A stretch of 16,811 nucleotides of DNA, from positions 1 through 16,811 of the forward strand of contig JAZGDW010000314.1 in the NCBI GenBank assembly GCA_036478295.1. Reading direction: 5' to 3'. Below are positions 16,719-16,811 of this stretch, in pieces. Positions within the stretch are counted from its first letter, which is position 1. Every line of letters starts with the position of its first letter. The position numbers were made by a program, and so were the translations under genes. The DNA is from Candidatus Krumholzibacteriia bacterium (GTDB lineage: Bacteria > Krumholzibacteriota > Krumholzibacteriia > WVZY01). Below the pieces are notes generated by a model, which saw only the letters and a list, made by a program, of their open reading frames with translations, ran no database searches and had not been told where the DNA came from.

Positions 16719-16811
<93 letters not shown>

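Overview
GC-rich bacterial chromosomal window in which every credible gene lies on the minus strand. From right to left, a tightly packed housekeeping cluster runs pheS (3' end), pheT, zapB-like, zapA, 6S RNA (ssrS, with its own sigma70 promoter), rny, ymdB-like phosphoesterase, folD, xseA, xseB, ispA, a divergent PAP2/DUF212 protein, dxs, nadK, recN and tRNA-Arg(CCG). The tRNA's first 10 nt overlap the recN reading frame and contain its stop codon. Downstream of the tRNA is an accessory-looking segment. It holds a ~530-bp hairpin-rich intergenic region and a 440-aa orphan HNH endonuclease. That gene has a perfect extended -10 promoter, a 5' UTR hairpin predicted to mask its RBS, and an internal 36-bp tandem repeat. 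The segment ends with a secreted 8-cysteine protein carrying a C-terminal 'SWGRVKAMY' motif, recalled from Krumholzibacteria/Latescibacteria/Eisenbacteria-type (FCB-group) proteins. All calls are by eye from motifs and synteny; no searches were run.
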